Counted from the first letter of the stretch, positions 1 through 13,612 are shown. The stretch is 64,000 bases of DNA from Eledone cirrhosa (GCA_964016885.1 OZ024752.1:2728001-2792000); one strand, 5' to 3'. Notes: generated by a model from the sequence alone, not told the origin. Program-made: numbers and translations.

Positions 1-1165
1 ACTCAGATTATTGTTTATATTTAATATATTTACAGTTAAAATCTATATATCCTTTCAGGTCAAGATAGCTAAAATGTTGTTTGACCTTTAATTAGCTGCT
101 ACAACATATTCAAATTATACCTAAAGATGGTTAATGTGACACTGAGTGCACTGCTTTATAAAATACGTGTTTGTCATACTTGGATTGCCATTTCTCAATG
201 GTGAGCACCGGTGGGTTTTGGGGCAATGTATGTTCAACTAACAATAGCAACAAATTATTTATGTTGAGTTTTCTGTTTTTGTACCATTGTTTTGATATTA
301 TACCAATACCATAACAAACATGGATATATTCTATTCAATCGGCAACAGATAATCAAATGTATAATAATGTGTTCTACCAGCAGAGAGCTGAAATTTTTAA
401 ATAGTTTCTCGAGCACATTAGTAGTGTTTAATTACTACAATTTTATGATATTGAAAAAAAACCCCAAATAAACCTATCATTGATACTATACAAAAACGTA
501 TATCCTGTTGCTTTTAAATCTAAGATCAGTATAACATTGAAGTATGTTCCTTGAATTGTTATCCTCAATTACCTTCAGAAAAATTCATCATAATGACGTA
601 TGACTTTGACAGTTTAACCCATATTCAGACAAGATTGTTGGATGGTACATCACAAACCAATGTGTTATTTCATGTATTTTTGTTTTGTTTGTCTTTGGGG
701 GAAAGGATGTTTACTCGTAAATGATCAATTGATGGTATTTTGAGCCTGAAAGTTGTGCGGAGGCAGAAGAATTAGAAAACAAACATGCTGTTTGATATCT
801 AGGTACGCCACCTTATAGTCTGAGATTAATTCTTCTGTGATCGATATGGAAGTCTAACTAGTAATGAGTCGATTCAACACAGTATATATCACATATTATT
901 CAAGATTATAAATTATAAACAGCACTCAAATTGGTAACCGAAATTATATGCAAGAAATCAGTTCATGACGAGAGAAATTATGTATATATTGATGTGTATT
1001 TATGATTGCTTAAACTAACGCCGGTAAATCAGAATTAGAATATATTTGATGGGTAGAAGCTTTTATTTGGAAACAAATTCTGGCTTTCAATTATTTGTTA
1101 TGCTTGATTTTAGTCGCTGTTCGGCATGCCAGTTTTATCCTGTTAAAGTGGCAAGGTAATATATG
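1..1165 (+). pseudogene. Decayed intronless rhodopsin-like (class A) GPCR, aminergic/histamine-muscarinic-like; 5' end probably outside the window
   Basis: Frame-hopping translation gives GPCR-like motifs in the correct order: TM1 'NLYIL' (~40), ICL1/TM2 'TYSNY..MVNVTLSALL' (~105-160), 'RWVLG' (~209), TM3 'QLTIATNYLC..F.TIVLILYQY' (cf. DYLLC..S...IVLISYDRY), TM4 'RQQIIKCIIMC', TM6 'EKLCIY*CVFMIA*T' (~972), TM7 'TNSGF/NYLL' (~1073), helix 8 'VRHASFILLK'. Many stops and frameshifts. Confidence 0.5.
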
Positions 1166-2760
1166 AGAATACTTTTGATGAAGATATATAAAATATGAAG
1201 AAATATATTATAATATTAAATGTCAGCTTCTACGAAAAAGTTAGCAGTAAAGATAAAGGTATATTAAATATCACCCGGAAATATATTCCAATGCACATAT
1301 GCACGTACACAAACATATATCTACACACATGTACAAGCACAACCAATCACATACACATATATATATAATTCTAACTACTAGTTTCTCTTCCTCGAGCATA
1401 CATACGTATATATATATATATTATATGTTATATATTGTATATAAACACATACACATGTGCATATATGTTTGACTGATTGTGTATGATGCATAAAAAATAA
1501 TACAGCACCTATAAAGACTCTTGCTTCTGCTTACTTGTAACCATAATTTGTATGCTATATTAACTTAAAATTGTCATGTAAACACCTGTGGCAAAGCATA
1601 ACACTTAAATATGTTTGTCTCAAAATGTTTCAAATTCAGAAACAACAAGCTGAAACTAAATATAAAAAACAACAACTAGATACCTTCAAACGAAATACAG
1701 AAGAGCCCAATTAGAAATTCCAAGGATCAGGTGTTGATATTCTAAACATCAATATTTTTATTAAAATATTTTCCTATTTTGTTTTGGTTTATTCTATAAC
1801 AAACAGTATGTATAAAATAAAATAAATATGCTAAAAATATTTGAAGATTATTATTTTGTTTTGTATATATTGTTGCAGTGGGGGTGCTAATGAGAATGTT
1901 TGCTCAATGATACTTCGATTTTTCTCTTGATAGCAAATCAGATTTGGACAAATGCAATAGTACTTCTTCAAAATTATATAATGTTATTAACACTCATCTG
2001 TATTTTATGTATTTAGTTTATATTTATTTTATCAAAGAAATGATCACTTGTACAGTTTAACGTAGAATATTTAATAGGTTTTATTTATATTTTAAAATCC
2101 TTCATATTCTCATGATCTCAGCTGCATGAGGTTAAGGCATTTCAATATTTTTAAAAATGTGTATAAATATAATCAAATATTGCAACATTTAGGTGAAAAA
2201 AAAAAAAAAAATATATCAATTTTCAACTTGAACTTTAACTAGTTTGCTTTTCATATCTTTTATAAGAATCTTAGTGTTGTAAGATACTCTGAAAATTCTG
2301 CTCATATCATCCCTTTACTGGTCTTATAACGCGTATGAAGCTTACATTTCCTTCGCATGTTAAATCCTTCTGCATTCCAGGCTGATGTGTCATTCAGTCG
2401 TTCATAATTCTGGGTCACTTTATCATAATACTTACATTAGTTATAATTAAACAATGCTCTGTTCTAGTTATAGTATGATGTTGAGAATTATCAGTCACTG
2501 TATATACTTTTCTAAAGGAAAATCCAATTAATTTTGTTGTAGCTAATATATTTTATTGATACATTATATACACTTAAACAGTTCCAAAATGGTCAAAAAA
2601 TCAAATCTGTTGTTTAAGTGAATATATATGAAAAGCATTAAATATTGAACCATTATTGTCCGACTCTGCATATATGTATGAATTTGTGGATGTCAACATA
2701 CATTTTCTTATTAATTATTTAAAATTCAGACAAACATATAGACACTATGTCATAAATAAT

Positions 2761-2946
2761 TGTTTCTACTTTAGGCACAAGGCCAGCAAATTACCCAGTG
2801 CATTACTGGTACTTTATTTTATCGACCCCGTAAGGATGAAAGGCAAAGTCAACCTCGGCGGGATTTGAACTCAGACCGTAAAGGGACGTAACTATGCTGG
2901 AAAGCATCGCGTCCGACCCTCTACCGATACTGCCAATCCACCACCC
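2761..2946 (-). mobile_element. tRNA-derived SINE (family A), full length, with target-site duplication
   Basis: Minus strand: A-box TGGCAGTATCGG, B-box GAGTTCAAATCC, core GCCTTTCATCCTTACGGGGTCGATAAAATAAAGTACCAG (resembles the MetaSINE central domain), tail CCTTGTGCCTAAAGTAGAAACA. The 14-bp direct repeat ATGTCATAAATAAT flanks it at 2747-2760 and 2947-2960. Confidence 0.9.
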
Positions 2947-3049
2947 ATGTCATAAATAATGTGCAATAAACATGGCAGTGAGGAAACAACAAAGAAACGA
3001 ATACATGTAAAAGTGTAAGAAAAAATGAATTAAGCAACAAAAGGAATGG

Positions 3050-3760
3050 AGAGAACCAGGAAGCGACAGACTCTACCCCAACAGCCTGAGTGGTGTTTCA
3101 TTTTGCACCTTCGGATAGAATGGCAAAGGTATTGCGTGGAAGATTGACAACGACACCCTCTGGGACAGCCACCGAAATTACAGGCTCGCCCATAATCAGT
3201 ACACAGTATTTCCGGTGTTACGAATTAAATCTGCAATACGAGGACCGAGGAGACCCGATGTCTCGGCCGCAACCCATAGGAAGATGAAGTGGATGGTAAA
3301 GTAGACTTACTATATTTTGCATTGCATGCAGGGGTGCAAGAGTTTGTGGGCAAAGTAACAAGGCTGGAGGGGAGAAGGAATCACAACATATCACGTCCCA
3401 GAGTAGGGATTGCCCTCCCTAGAATGGAACGTCGGTTAATCCACCGGGGCTCTTACTGTCACCGTGGGCGGGACCAGCTGGCTACCGTTGTGACGGTAAG
3501 CCGGTTGCGTCGTGGTTCCTTCTGATAGTGTCATTCAGAACGACGAGGTGGGGGGAACATGCTAGTGCTGTTACTGCATGATAGTGGTTGCAGACATAAC
3601 CCGCCAATATGAGTCCCAGAATGGCATCAGATTGCCTCAAACACAAGGAGGTAAAGGTACTGGGTCACTCAGATTAAGTAACACCTTATTCTGTACACGT
3701 GATTTCAGTGCTCTGCTAAAGTTATCAGCTTGACACGGAAGCACGCGCGACTCCCTAACA
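3050..3760 (-). mobile_element. GC-richer decayed segment, possibly a LINE ORF1/5' relic
   Basis: Composition shift relative to the flanks; shares ATTTCAGTGC...AAGCACG with 63850-63897. No diagnostic protein motif. Confidence 0.25.
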
Positions 3761-4479
3761 AAAATGAGATTAAATGATTTGTATTTTTACAAAAAACAAA
3801 ATGTTAAAGCTAACAAACAGGACCAAACAGCTTAAGTTAGGAGAATTACTATTTAATTACAATTATTATTATTATTATTATAGTATACACTAAATATTCT
3901 TACAAAATTGCTTTTACCGTTTCCATTTTACCGTTTCTCTTTGAAGCTTAAACAGTCGCTCCAAAGGAAATGAATGAAAAAGATTTTTAAACGAAATACT
4001 AGCAACTAGATTATCCTGAGCAATGGTATGTCACTCACGTAAAATATCTAGGTGAGACAACCTTCAGTACGCACGAGAACGACCAGTGAAGAATTTACAA
4101 AGCGAACCACGAAATATATAGCAAACAAGTTCGCATATATAATTTAATCTTCACAAAATATATCGCGATTAAACATATGACAAATAACTGCAAACAAAAA
4201 TCCAAATGAACCTCTGAACACAAACAATATATACTGATTGATTAGCATCGAAACGACCTAAAAATACATTACTAGTTGCTTAGCTCTATATTCCGGGACA
4301 AAAAAGACATAAACTATATCCAAAGACAGTTTTATTATAAATTGAAAAATAAAAGGCAGAAAGGAACACAACTTTCCAGGAGATTCTGACGGTTAACCAG
4401 TGACCCAAGATTGAACTTCATACGGAAGAGACTGGCTAGTTCATTCTAGTTGTTACCTAATCTCTCCACGAGGACATCT

Positions 4480-4665
4480 ATGCATAGTGGAATGTTTTCA
4501 TGTAGAGCCTTGGTATGCCCACCCAGGCCTCTGCTAAAAGTAAATAGACAGCAGATGTCAATTCGTGGGCAAGGTTGACCACCTTGCGCATTACCTCCTC
4601 CCAGTTACTATCCACCTGGACTTGCGAACCGAAACATGTTTTTAAGAAAACACCAGTTATTTTAT
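4480..4665 (-). mobile_element. L1/Tx1-type LINE ORF2 fragment, internally deleted
   Basis: 'CFGSQVQVDSNWEEVMRKVVNLA...GIPRLYMK' parallels 'WFVPNLQTGKIWDEVTSRVASLT...SVPWLMMR' in the 14178-14810 fragment. Confidence 0.6.
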
Positions 4666-4842
4666 AGGTTGGTTTAAAGAGAAAATGCATCGTGGGCTTT
4701 GTGGGTACACGGGCTCTAACGTGATTACTTTAAACTCTTTCGAAATTGGGATCATTGCAGAAGATAAAAACATTTCACATTACCAGAATGATACAAAGGA
4801 GTATGAGCGTTATTCCATACATGAGGAATATTTTCACTTTTT

Positions 4843-5416
4843 CATGGTAGTAACGCAACGTAAGGAGGGGAAAAGAGAGACAATTCAATGAATCTTGTGA
4901 GCTTAAGTCCGACGAATCAAATGAAGAGAAGAAAACAGGCTTATCCCCGCCACGAAGAAAGTTAGATAGGAAAGAATTAACGCAGGTCAGAGGGGAGGAA
5001 GTGAGAGAGGAGGAGTAATAGAGAGTGAGTGAGTGAAAGTGTGAGGAAGGGGCCAGCTGAGAGTGTGTGACCAGCAGCGGGGATGGAGGAAAGCAAGAGG
5101 TAAGGGGGAGAGAGAAAGAGGAAAGCAGTAAGGTAACAGAAAAAATACGAACCACAGCGAACGGAGAATATATGTGAATGAAAAATGGCGTGCTGTGTTG
5201 TTTCGAATATGAACATATGAATAAAAATAGACCGAGAAACAGGAAAAGTCCGTCATCAGTAGTCTGATGATTCTCATTGGTATTTATTCGCATTAAAGAC
5301 TAGATACCTAAAATCAGTGCGAGTGATAACTAAATTAAGTTATCGGGACAAATGAAAGTGAACAAACAACATGGTAGTAACGCAACGTAAAGATATGAAA
5401 AGCGAGACAAGTCAAT
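4843..5416. repeat. ~575-bp unit bounded by ~47-bp imperfect direct repeats
   Basis: CATGGTAGTAACGCAACGTAA...GAAAAGxGAGACAAxTCAAT at 4843-4889 and 5370-5416. Confidence 0.75.
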
Positions 5417-7465
5417 ACATATATGTATATACATAACCTCATGTTCGTCTTCGCTGAAATAACAGTAACGGTAGTAGTCTTAGCAACATCAGTAACATTT
5501 GTTCTTTTATTGTTGGAGCCATACTACTACTACTCTACTACTACTACTACTACTACTAGTAGTAGTAGTAGTAGCAGCAGTAGTACTAGTAGTAGTTGCA
5601 ATAGGAGGAGGAGGAGTGGGGTTACAATGCATTTGTATTGTGTTTCGTACCATCTCCTAAACAATATTGATAGTTGTGTTATATTATATAAATATACACT
5701 TACATGCCCACACCCACACACACAAATATATATAGTAATATGCATATATATTTGTATTCATATCCGTGAAACAATGTATCTGTTTGTTTTAGTGTTTGTG
5801 TGTATGTTATGATAGGCAACGAATATTTTGATCATGATACACGGTTGTCTACAGGTTAGCTTGAATACAATGATATAATTATCTTTTTACTTTCATATCT
5901 TACTAGTAATTTATTTTCAAACACCATTGCATATACAGTGTAAATAAAGTGCATAGAATAACATCATCTAATACACATTCCTGAAATATCCCAAATAGGA
6001 AAAAAAGGATCATACAAACATCTCGGATGCATGAAATACAGCTCTCTTGTTTTATAGCATAAATGTATTTCTTTATATATGTTGACTATATTTTTAATAT
6101 ATTTTTACTCATTCTAGTGTGTCTGATATGTATTATAACAATGCATATTAATAAACCGATTCAATTTACATATATATATGTATGCACTCTAAGCGCGTGT
6201 TCGCTGGTGCATGAACGCATATGTAGTCCGTGTTTGGCTGTTTTTTTGGAATATGGGTTATATGTACACGTCTTTTTTTATCTTTCATGAATGACAGTTA
6301 TGTTTTGATTTATATTTTTATGTACGATCGGGATATGTGGTAAGGGATTACATGAATATATTTACGTCAATTTACACAAGCAAAACAACATTTGTATTTG
6401 AGGGTATGTGGAAACTTTGCTACAACTACAATGATGGCGTTGTTATTTTTGCGGGCATTCGTCAACACACGTACACATACACACGTGCACATACACTCAC
6501 ACACAAGCATACACATACGCACACATTCATCATACTTGCATATGCACAAATACATAAAATGCATCACACATACAGCATTTAGTAGGTTGAATATACACAT
6601 AATAATTGTTGTGTATGTCAAAGGAAGAAGTGAAAATATGTTTGTTATTGTAACCTCTGGAGATTTCTCTTTATACACTGTCAATCATTCGGTAATATTA
6701 ATATTGGCCCTTAATCTTAGAATGTCTCTTGGAACAGAGAATGTCTTCCAGCACCATCAACACCATAACACACGACACACGTACACCACTCCTAGAGACA
6801 ACAATCCTCCTCACAACCCCAAATTCAAGCTCCGGACATCTCTGTCCTGTTCATGGCTCGTAGTAATTTTATGGACATGGAATGAGATGCTGGGTAGAGT
6901 TGGCTGTCATCTAATTCTGAAAGCAGGAGATGAATGTCCTAGATACCAGTGACAGCTGCCCTTCTCAAAATAAATGGGTAAGCCATTTTAGCTGATCAGG
7001 TCACCATAATGCAGTGAACTGTTGACCTAATTTGAATATGACACTCACTATTGACTGATGACAAACATTCCTCTTTGTTTACAGCAATGTCTGCTCTAAG
7101 AACATTAAACATTGTCATAGGTTGAGGTCAAGAGGTTGAGAATTATTTTAGTTATTTAATTCCTAACACTGTCCAAGGAATCTCCGAAGAATTCCTTTCC
7201 AGTGATCTTATGTTGCATCTGGCATTGCTCACTAAGCAAATATGAGATTTAAGCTGCAAAGCTGGATGAAATAATTTATTATTTTAATAGATTAATTTCT
7301 TTCTTTGTTTTATATATTTCACTTTTGTTTTATTTACGTTAGATTATGTGGCATTATAATATTATATGAAATACTAATCATATTTCACTGATAGGAGGAC
7401 ATATTCAATTATCAAATGTGCATACAAGTACTTCTTTTGTTACAGACCTTTTTTACGATAAATCA

Positions 7466-7508
<43 letters not shown>

Positions 7509-9352
7509 TATAAAATAATATACTGAAACATTACCATATTGTATTCTTTCTCATCTGTTTCTCTACCGTCATACAGGCTAGATCTCTCTGCAATATGTCC
7601 ATGTACAAGATATTCCACATGAACATAATTTCGTTTAATATAAAACTTTATTTTTCGAGATTTTAAAATCAGAGCAAAATAGCATGTAGCAAGTAATGAT
7701 TTCAGAATGCTGGAGTTTTACAATTCTATTATTAATGAAATAATCATATCTCAGAAAGTTATATTATGTGTTACTTTTAATATTTGAGAATAGCCTTGGT
7801 TTTTAATTTAACTTGAAAATAAAGTTTGTAGTAATCTCTACCGGTTGACGTTCTAGCTGGTAAAGAATGTATGTGGACATGAGGAAAAAGGGATAGCAGT
7901 TTACAATGCTAGCAGACAAAAAACATTGAAGTAATAGCGAAAAGCGCACCTATCATTCAAAAAGAATGCTTACTCACTAGAGGATGTTATTGGCAATCCG
8001 TCAAGGAACATATAAATATACATCTTCAGATATCTTGGACAAAATTGTAGGGATTTACTATCTAATCCCAATGAGATCAATAGTTTGAGGGATGTCAAGA
8101 TTATAATCTAGAGGGGATTAAGAATTAAGATCATTAGGTCGACTGATAAGAGCTAATACTGCTTCATCATAGAATAGTCAATTTTACAGAACAATGGGAT
8201 ATATGCTGTAGAGTTGGTGGTTCATACCATCACACCTGGGTTGTGTTGGTTCTATGCCCGAAACATTCTTCCAGACAAAAATAATGTTCCACTAGGGATT
8301 AATATGTTCACCAGAGAAATTACGCTTATCTGATTCGTGATTCATTGAAGTAGAATGTGGAATTTAAAACATCTCGTGATTAAAACCTTTTGATGAAAGG
8401 GCTTAAACAATCACACATAATATATACTTGACTTGAAGACGACTTATTTAACGGTGCACCTACGACTCACTGTGATATGAAAATCGCTCTTGAGCTGAAT
8501 ATTCGATAAAATGGTGTTCGGTTATTGAATATGTTGGGAATAGATTCTCACTATTGTGGAAGTGGCATCATTTCTGAATATTTTAAAGAAAAAGTGGAGA
8601 CAGTACAATTATAATCAGATCATCACAGATATGAACAACCTTCCTTTAAGCAGATATGTTGGGCACTGATACATTCTTTGCGGTGAGGCAGGGACTTTTG
8701 AAAAATATATATTGCTCCTTTCGTGACCAGAATAATCATTATATAAGTTAAAAATTATAGTTGAAAAGACCAAGGGTCACTCCACCAAACAATTAATTAA
8801 TAACATTTTATTAAATATGGATTGTAGTCGAGAGAAGGTTTCATATTTTGAAGATGTCTCAGGATCAAAAGAATTCCAAAATTACATTAAATAGGTCATC
8901 GTATTCTCATTTTACGTTTACAGTAAATTTTGTTTATTATTTAATGTTTATTTATAATTATTCAATTAATACGCTAGTAAGATTTGTAGACTCAGATATG
9001 TGGGGAAATGGGCATATATATTGGACCTGAAACTAAATTAATGCAGCTATCAATAACACAAGCCAAGCTTGTTTTCAAATATTACCCCAAAGTAGAGGCA
9101 TTTATTCCTTCCTTGATTTAAATTTAACATTAATACTTATTCGATGAAATTATTACTTTCCGATGCGGAATATATTTGAAAAAATAACAATTGTAAAATT
9201 AAGTGAAAGTAGCAAGCATAATAAAAAGATTCAGATTTTAATCTCCTTTTTTTCCTGAATACTAAATCAAATTTAAATTTGTAATGATTCCATGAAGCAC
9301 ACATGCCCAATTACTACCAACCATGAATATATATATATATATATATATTCAC

Positions 9353-9538
9353 GGCGGTGGATTGGCAGTATCGGTAGAGGGTCGGACGCCATGCTTTCCA
9401 GCATAGTTACGTCCCTTTACGATCTGAGTTCAAATCCCGCCGAGGTTGACTTTACCTTTCATACTTACGGGGTCGATAAAATAAAGTAGCAGTAATGAAC
9501 TGGGTAATTGCTGGCCTTGTGCCTAAAGTAGAAACAAA
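9353..9538 (+). mobile_element. SINE family A, full length, inside a (TA)n tract
   Basis: Near-identical to the reverse complement of 2761-2946; A and B boxes intact. Confidence 0.9.
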
Positions 9539-9539
9539 T

Positions 9540-9622
<83 letters not shown>

Positions 9623-10449
9623 TATATACTGAGGAGTGGAAAGGTCGATGCCTTTCTGTGATCTGAGGTTTTATCAGGGGATAAACTCTTCGATGTGATA
9701 TATATATATAAACATAGCAAACAATGAGAAATACTTTAATAAAAATATTTTATTACAATTCTTCGCATATGTTACGTTTCACATTCTATTAATATTTAAA
9801 TATGTGATCAATGACTTGAATTAACCTTATTCCATTGTATTTTTCTGTAATAGACTGATCTGTTAGACTGATAATATAATCTATATTAAGTTCATATCAG
9901 AAGGTCTGTTTAACACACGGAAAGTAACAATGGGTAAGGTGTGGGTGATTCACAGAACTATCGAACTGGAATGAAAAGAGGAGCAAACACGATCAAAGCA
10001 TTAGTAATATGAAAACAAATTTTTTTATGACTTAATGACAAAAAGTTTGCGGGAGAAAAAAGCAGAACAAAGAAGGAAAATGAATAAAAGAATCATAAAT
10101 GAAAACGGGAGGATTTTAATTCAATTTTAATGAATTCCTCTGATTTTTCTCTTCTGATTAAAGTCTGCAATATTTCTCTTTTCATGCTATGAAGACATAA
10201 TTTATTGTTTCTTTGGTGAAGCAGTGATATTAATGTTCGTTTGTCTATTGTTATTTATGTTAAATCAAGTGAGACAAAGAACTGCTAGTGAATTACCCTT
10301 AAAGAAGATATATGGGCCATTCCTTACATAGGCACACAACTAAACACATTCCTAGGGAAAGGAACAGAAATACAGTCATACAAATATGGATGTATCTAAT
10401 CATACAGACACACAGTCATGCTGTTATAAATATAAATATATACTTATCA

Positions 10450-11050
10450 AGTGATCAATAAACTTCAGTCAATTTCCCGATGAACCCTCCATTTGTTCGA
10501 CCAACAGAAAATTCTGCCCCGGAAATACTCCTATCAGTGTCTGAGCATCCTACAATCACTCGCACTCTTAAAATAATGTTCAGATTTAGATTCTGCTGTA
10601 TCATATCGATGCATTTGATCTGTTAATCCGTCCAATTATCTTCCCTTGGTTGCAGTCAATATGTCTATATATGAGAGCAATTTTCATGGTGGACTTCAAG
10701 GACAGTTGCTGTTTTTCTTCAATTATTTAGGGTTGGAGTATTCTATGGGGTTATAGCAGGATATTTTCGGTGCATCGTTCATTTATTTTGAGTGAAAGTA
10801 TATGAATTCAGGAGATAAGATCTTCAGTTATGTTGACGTAGAATTCTTGAAGTGAGCATGATATTTATATTTCCTGCAATTCATGTTTAGACGGTGAGTT
10901 GATATTACATCACTAATAAGGAGTCGTTATCTAAAATATATATGCCCTCGTGCCTCCGGGTGTTAGGATAACATTGCCTAAGCGGAAAGGTATTCATTTT
11001 ACATTGGAATCATAAACTATTATGAATTTCTTTCGTGGATTCTAAATATT
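10450..11050 (-). mobile_element. Decayed Penelope-like RT fragment
   Basis: Minus-strand remnants 'QEFYVNITEDL' (cf. DI.EFYPSI.E.L) and 'SISGAEFS' (cf. MGS.DGAE.CELVG). Confidence 0.45.
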
Positions 11051-11423
11051 TCATAAATCGATATTTTAGTGAATCTCTCAAGTATATTCATATGTATGTA
11101 AATAGATGTATATGTAAATATGTATGTAACAGTATGTAATAGATGTATATTCGACCCCATTCGTTCGTGACCTCTCTAGTTTTATCTACAGTCTTTCTTA
11201 TTGAGGTAGTTCTCTCTTCCTCCTCTCTTTCTCAATCACTCATTGACATTTCTGAAACCTTTTCATTACTTCCTCTCAATTTCTCCTTTACACATTTCAT
11301 ATGGTCTTTAATTCTGCCGTTATATATGTTTATATTCAAATCCATAGACATAAAAGAGGGTTTGAATAGATAATGCATATACATATTCAAAGTATTATAC
11401 ACAAAGAAATACATATACACACG

Positions 11424-11483
<60 letters not shown>

Positions 11484-11671
11484 AAACCTTCACAGCTGTT
11501 TTATTCCCATGAAATAAATGATGGTTTGATACGAATGAAAGAGCTCTAGATAAGTATACGTCATATCTTTGTAACATGAAATTGCATATATTCTACGATC
11601 GTATTGAGATCCCTTGATATAGAATGTGGTTGCTTCCCGATAACCTTCGGGAACAATCGTATCATATATCT

Positions 11672-11858
11672 CAGGTCTCACTTCAGCGCTACTGGTAACA
11701 TGTAACCCAGTACAACTTGTGCATGGTCGTATCATCGGGCACCAAACCGGCAACACCACCAAGCTTCTTTGGTGAGGAGGGTGATTTGGTACACCATGCG
11801 GGATGAAAAACAAAACCCGTCGAAGCGCGGAGAAACTGAGGAGAGTCAACGGCCATCG
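11672..11858 (+). mobile_element. 5'-UTR fragment of the RTE-derived element at 49197
   Basis: Aligns by eye to 49198-49385 (CTACTGGTAACATGTAxCCCAGTACAAC...GGTGAGGAGGGTGA...AAAAACAAAACC...GAGTCAAxGGCCATC). Confidence 0.75.
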
Positions 11859-12199
11859 AATAAATTATTTTTCTTTGGTATGCGAGACTCCTATGAGAAT
11901 TCACTGATTTAAATCATATGACTTCGTTTACACCCAATGATGTGGACCAGTTCTCCTTTATGGGTAAATGCTTTCGATGTTCAGAGAGTGTGGTTGACTT
12001 CGTGCAAAATGTTTCCTCACTTAACAAAGGTTTAAGCACATCATCGCTTAATATATAACATTTAAGCGTAGCCATTAAATATTAATACGTATTTGCAAAT
12101 ATACAATTTTTCGCACACACAAACACGTAAACAAAGCCCCAACTGCGCCCACATATGAATATTCTACACATAGTTGTAGACATAAACCTTTTGACCAAC

Positions 12200-12410
12200 A
12201 AAAGAAGCAGTTTCTTTGTTGTCACTCGACTTGCTAGACATAGCACATAAAATCACCGTATCAGACACAACTGTCACAATGAAGGTAGAATTAATTGGAA
12301 AATGCCATCTAAGAGATATTTTCTGAACATCAGCAAACATAATATGGTTGGGACACCGACTTATGAAAGATCTTGTCGATCAGCCATGCCCTGGATCTAG
12401 CAGCCATAAC
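12200..12410 (+). mobile_element. Old diverged interspersed repeat (SINE-like); related copies at ~26310-26495 (+) and ~52795-52920 (-)
   Basis: Shared GTTGTCACTxGAxTxCTAGAxATAG head with the 26310 copy and loosely similar 3' motifs. Confidence 0.4.
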
Positions 12411-12845
12411 GAGAGATATTTGGTTCTAAAGCAATGTAATTAGATAGGCGGCATAAATTTCGAGAATTTCTTATGTTCAGCTAGATTCATTTTGAAAAAT
12501 CTCAGTCACGTATCATCTACACATTTTATTTATGATATTTCATTTGAATGACTTTAGTGTCGCTTAATTTATGCAATATCACTGCTATCGGTTTAGATGT
12601 AATAGAATGTAACTCAGTTTTATTACTCTGCATGATCCCTTTTACCATATAAATAAAAGAACTAAAATAAATTGAAAGTGGACGACATTTGTGTCGTACA
12701 AATATACCCGTATGTGCGTTTGTATTTATTTGAAAGTCAGAGATAAAGCAGGTATTAAATAAATAAAAAAAAGAAAATTTTGCTTGCGAATATATTGTAA
12801 TTGTGTATATATGTATATACATACATACATATATATATATATTAG

Positions 12846-13107
12846 AAAATAGAATCTTAGACCGTATTTTTCGTCTAAATAAATTTTAGCCTAATAGTGT
12901 GGTTTAGAACCCTCCAAGAAATGGTAAAAATATGACTATCGACGTACATGGGAGTCGAACCGACATCTTTGGTTATCTAGTCCACTGTGCTACCATTACA
13001 CCAACCCTTCACCTGTTTGACTCTCATCTACGCTAATACTAAACCCACTATCAGGCTAAACTATCTTTAGTAAAAAAAGAAAAAAAAACACCGATAGCTT
13101 CTATTTT
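12846..13107. mobile_element. Foldback/MITE-like element enclosing a tRNA-like sequence
   Basis: Inverted arms TTTAGCCTAATAGTGTGGTTTAG (12885-12907) and CTAAACCCACTATCAGGCTAAA (13039-13060), with outer AAAATAGAA/TTCTATTTT. Confidence 0.55.
12944..13008 (-). other. tRNA-like sequence (Pol III A/B boxes); pseudo-tRNA or SINE head
   Basis: AGGGTTGGTGTAATGGTAGCACAGTGGACTAGATAACCAAAGATGTCGGTTCGACTCCCATGTAC: A-box TGGTGTAATGG, B-box GGTTCGACTCC. Acceptor and T stems do not pair properly. Confidence 0.55.
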
Positions 13108-13228
13108 TGAATCTCAAAAAAGCTTGCTGTTTCAAAGTATACTTATATATTTATATAACTTTGATAACTTTGATGTTTTGGCCAGTGTTGGCCCAGGCCA
13201 TTTCTAACTGAATTGCCCCACCTTGCGA

Positions 13229-13263
13229 ATATATATATATATATATGTATATATATATGTATA

Positions 13264-13314
<51 letters not shown>

Positions 13315-13391
13315 GTATATATATATGTATATATATATATATATGTATATATATATGTATATATATATATATATGTATATATATGTATATA

Positions 13392-13440
<49 letters not shown>

Positions 13441-13465
13441 GTATATATATATGTATATATATATG

Positions 13466-13500
<35 letters not shown>

Positions 13501-13527
13501 GTATATATATATGTATATATATATATG

Positions 13528-13612
<85 letters not shown>

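Noticed and set aside
2346-2430. Possible minus-strand exon (YDKVTQNYERLNDTSAWNAEGFNMRRK followed by GTAAG)
   Set aside because: No convincing acceptor or pyrimidine tract and no recognisable homology.
4775-5293. 172-aa minus-strand ORF
   Set aside because: Low-complexity S/L/P/F-rich translation of a purine-rich repeat; no domain.
6700-8760. Possible decayed LINE segments (also ~26520-27200 and ~39600-40380)
   Set aside because: Only faint motif traces; too degraded to assign by eye.
9628-9700. CTGAGGA plus GAAAGG/CCTTTC stem between TA tracts
   Set aside because: No downstream GAAA, stem III or stem I; cannot be called a hammerhead.
12944-13008. Functional tRNA gene
   Set aside because: Acceptor, anticodon and T stems are mispaired; treated as tRNA-derived only.
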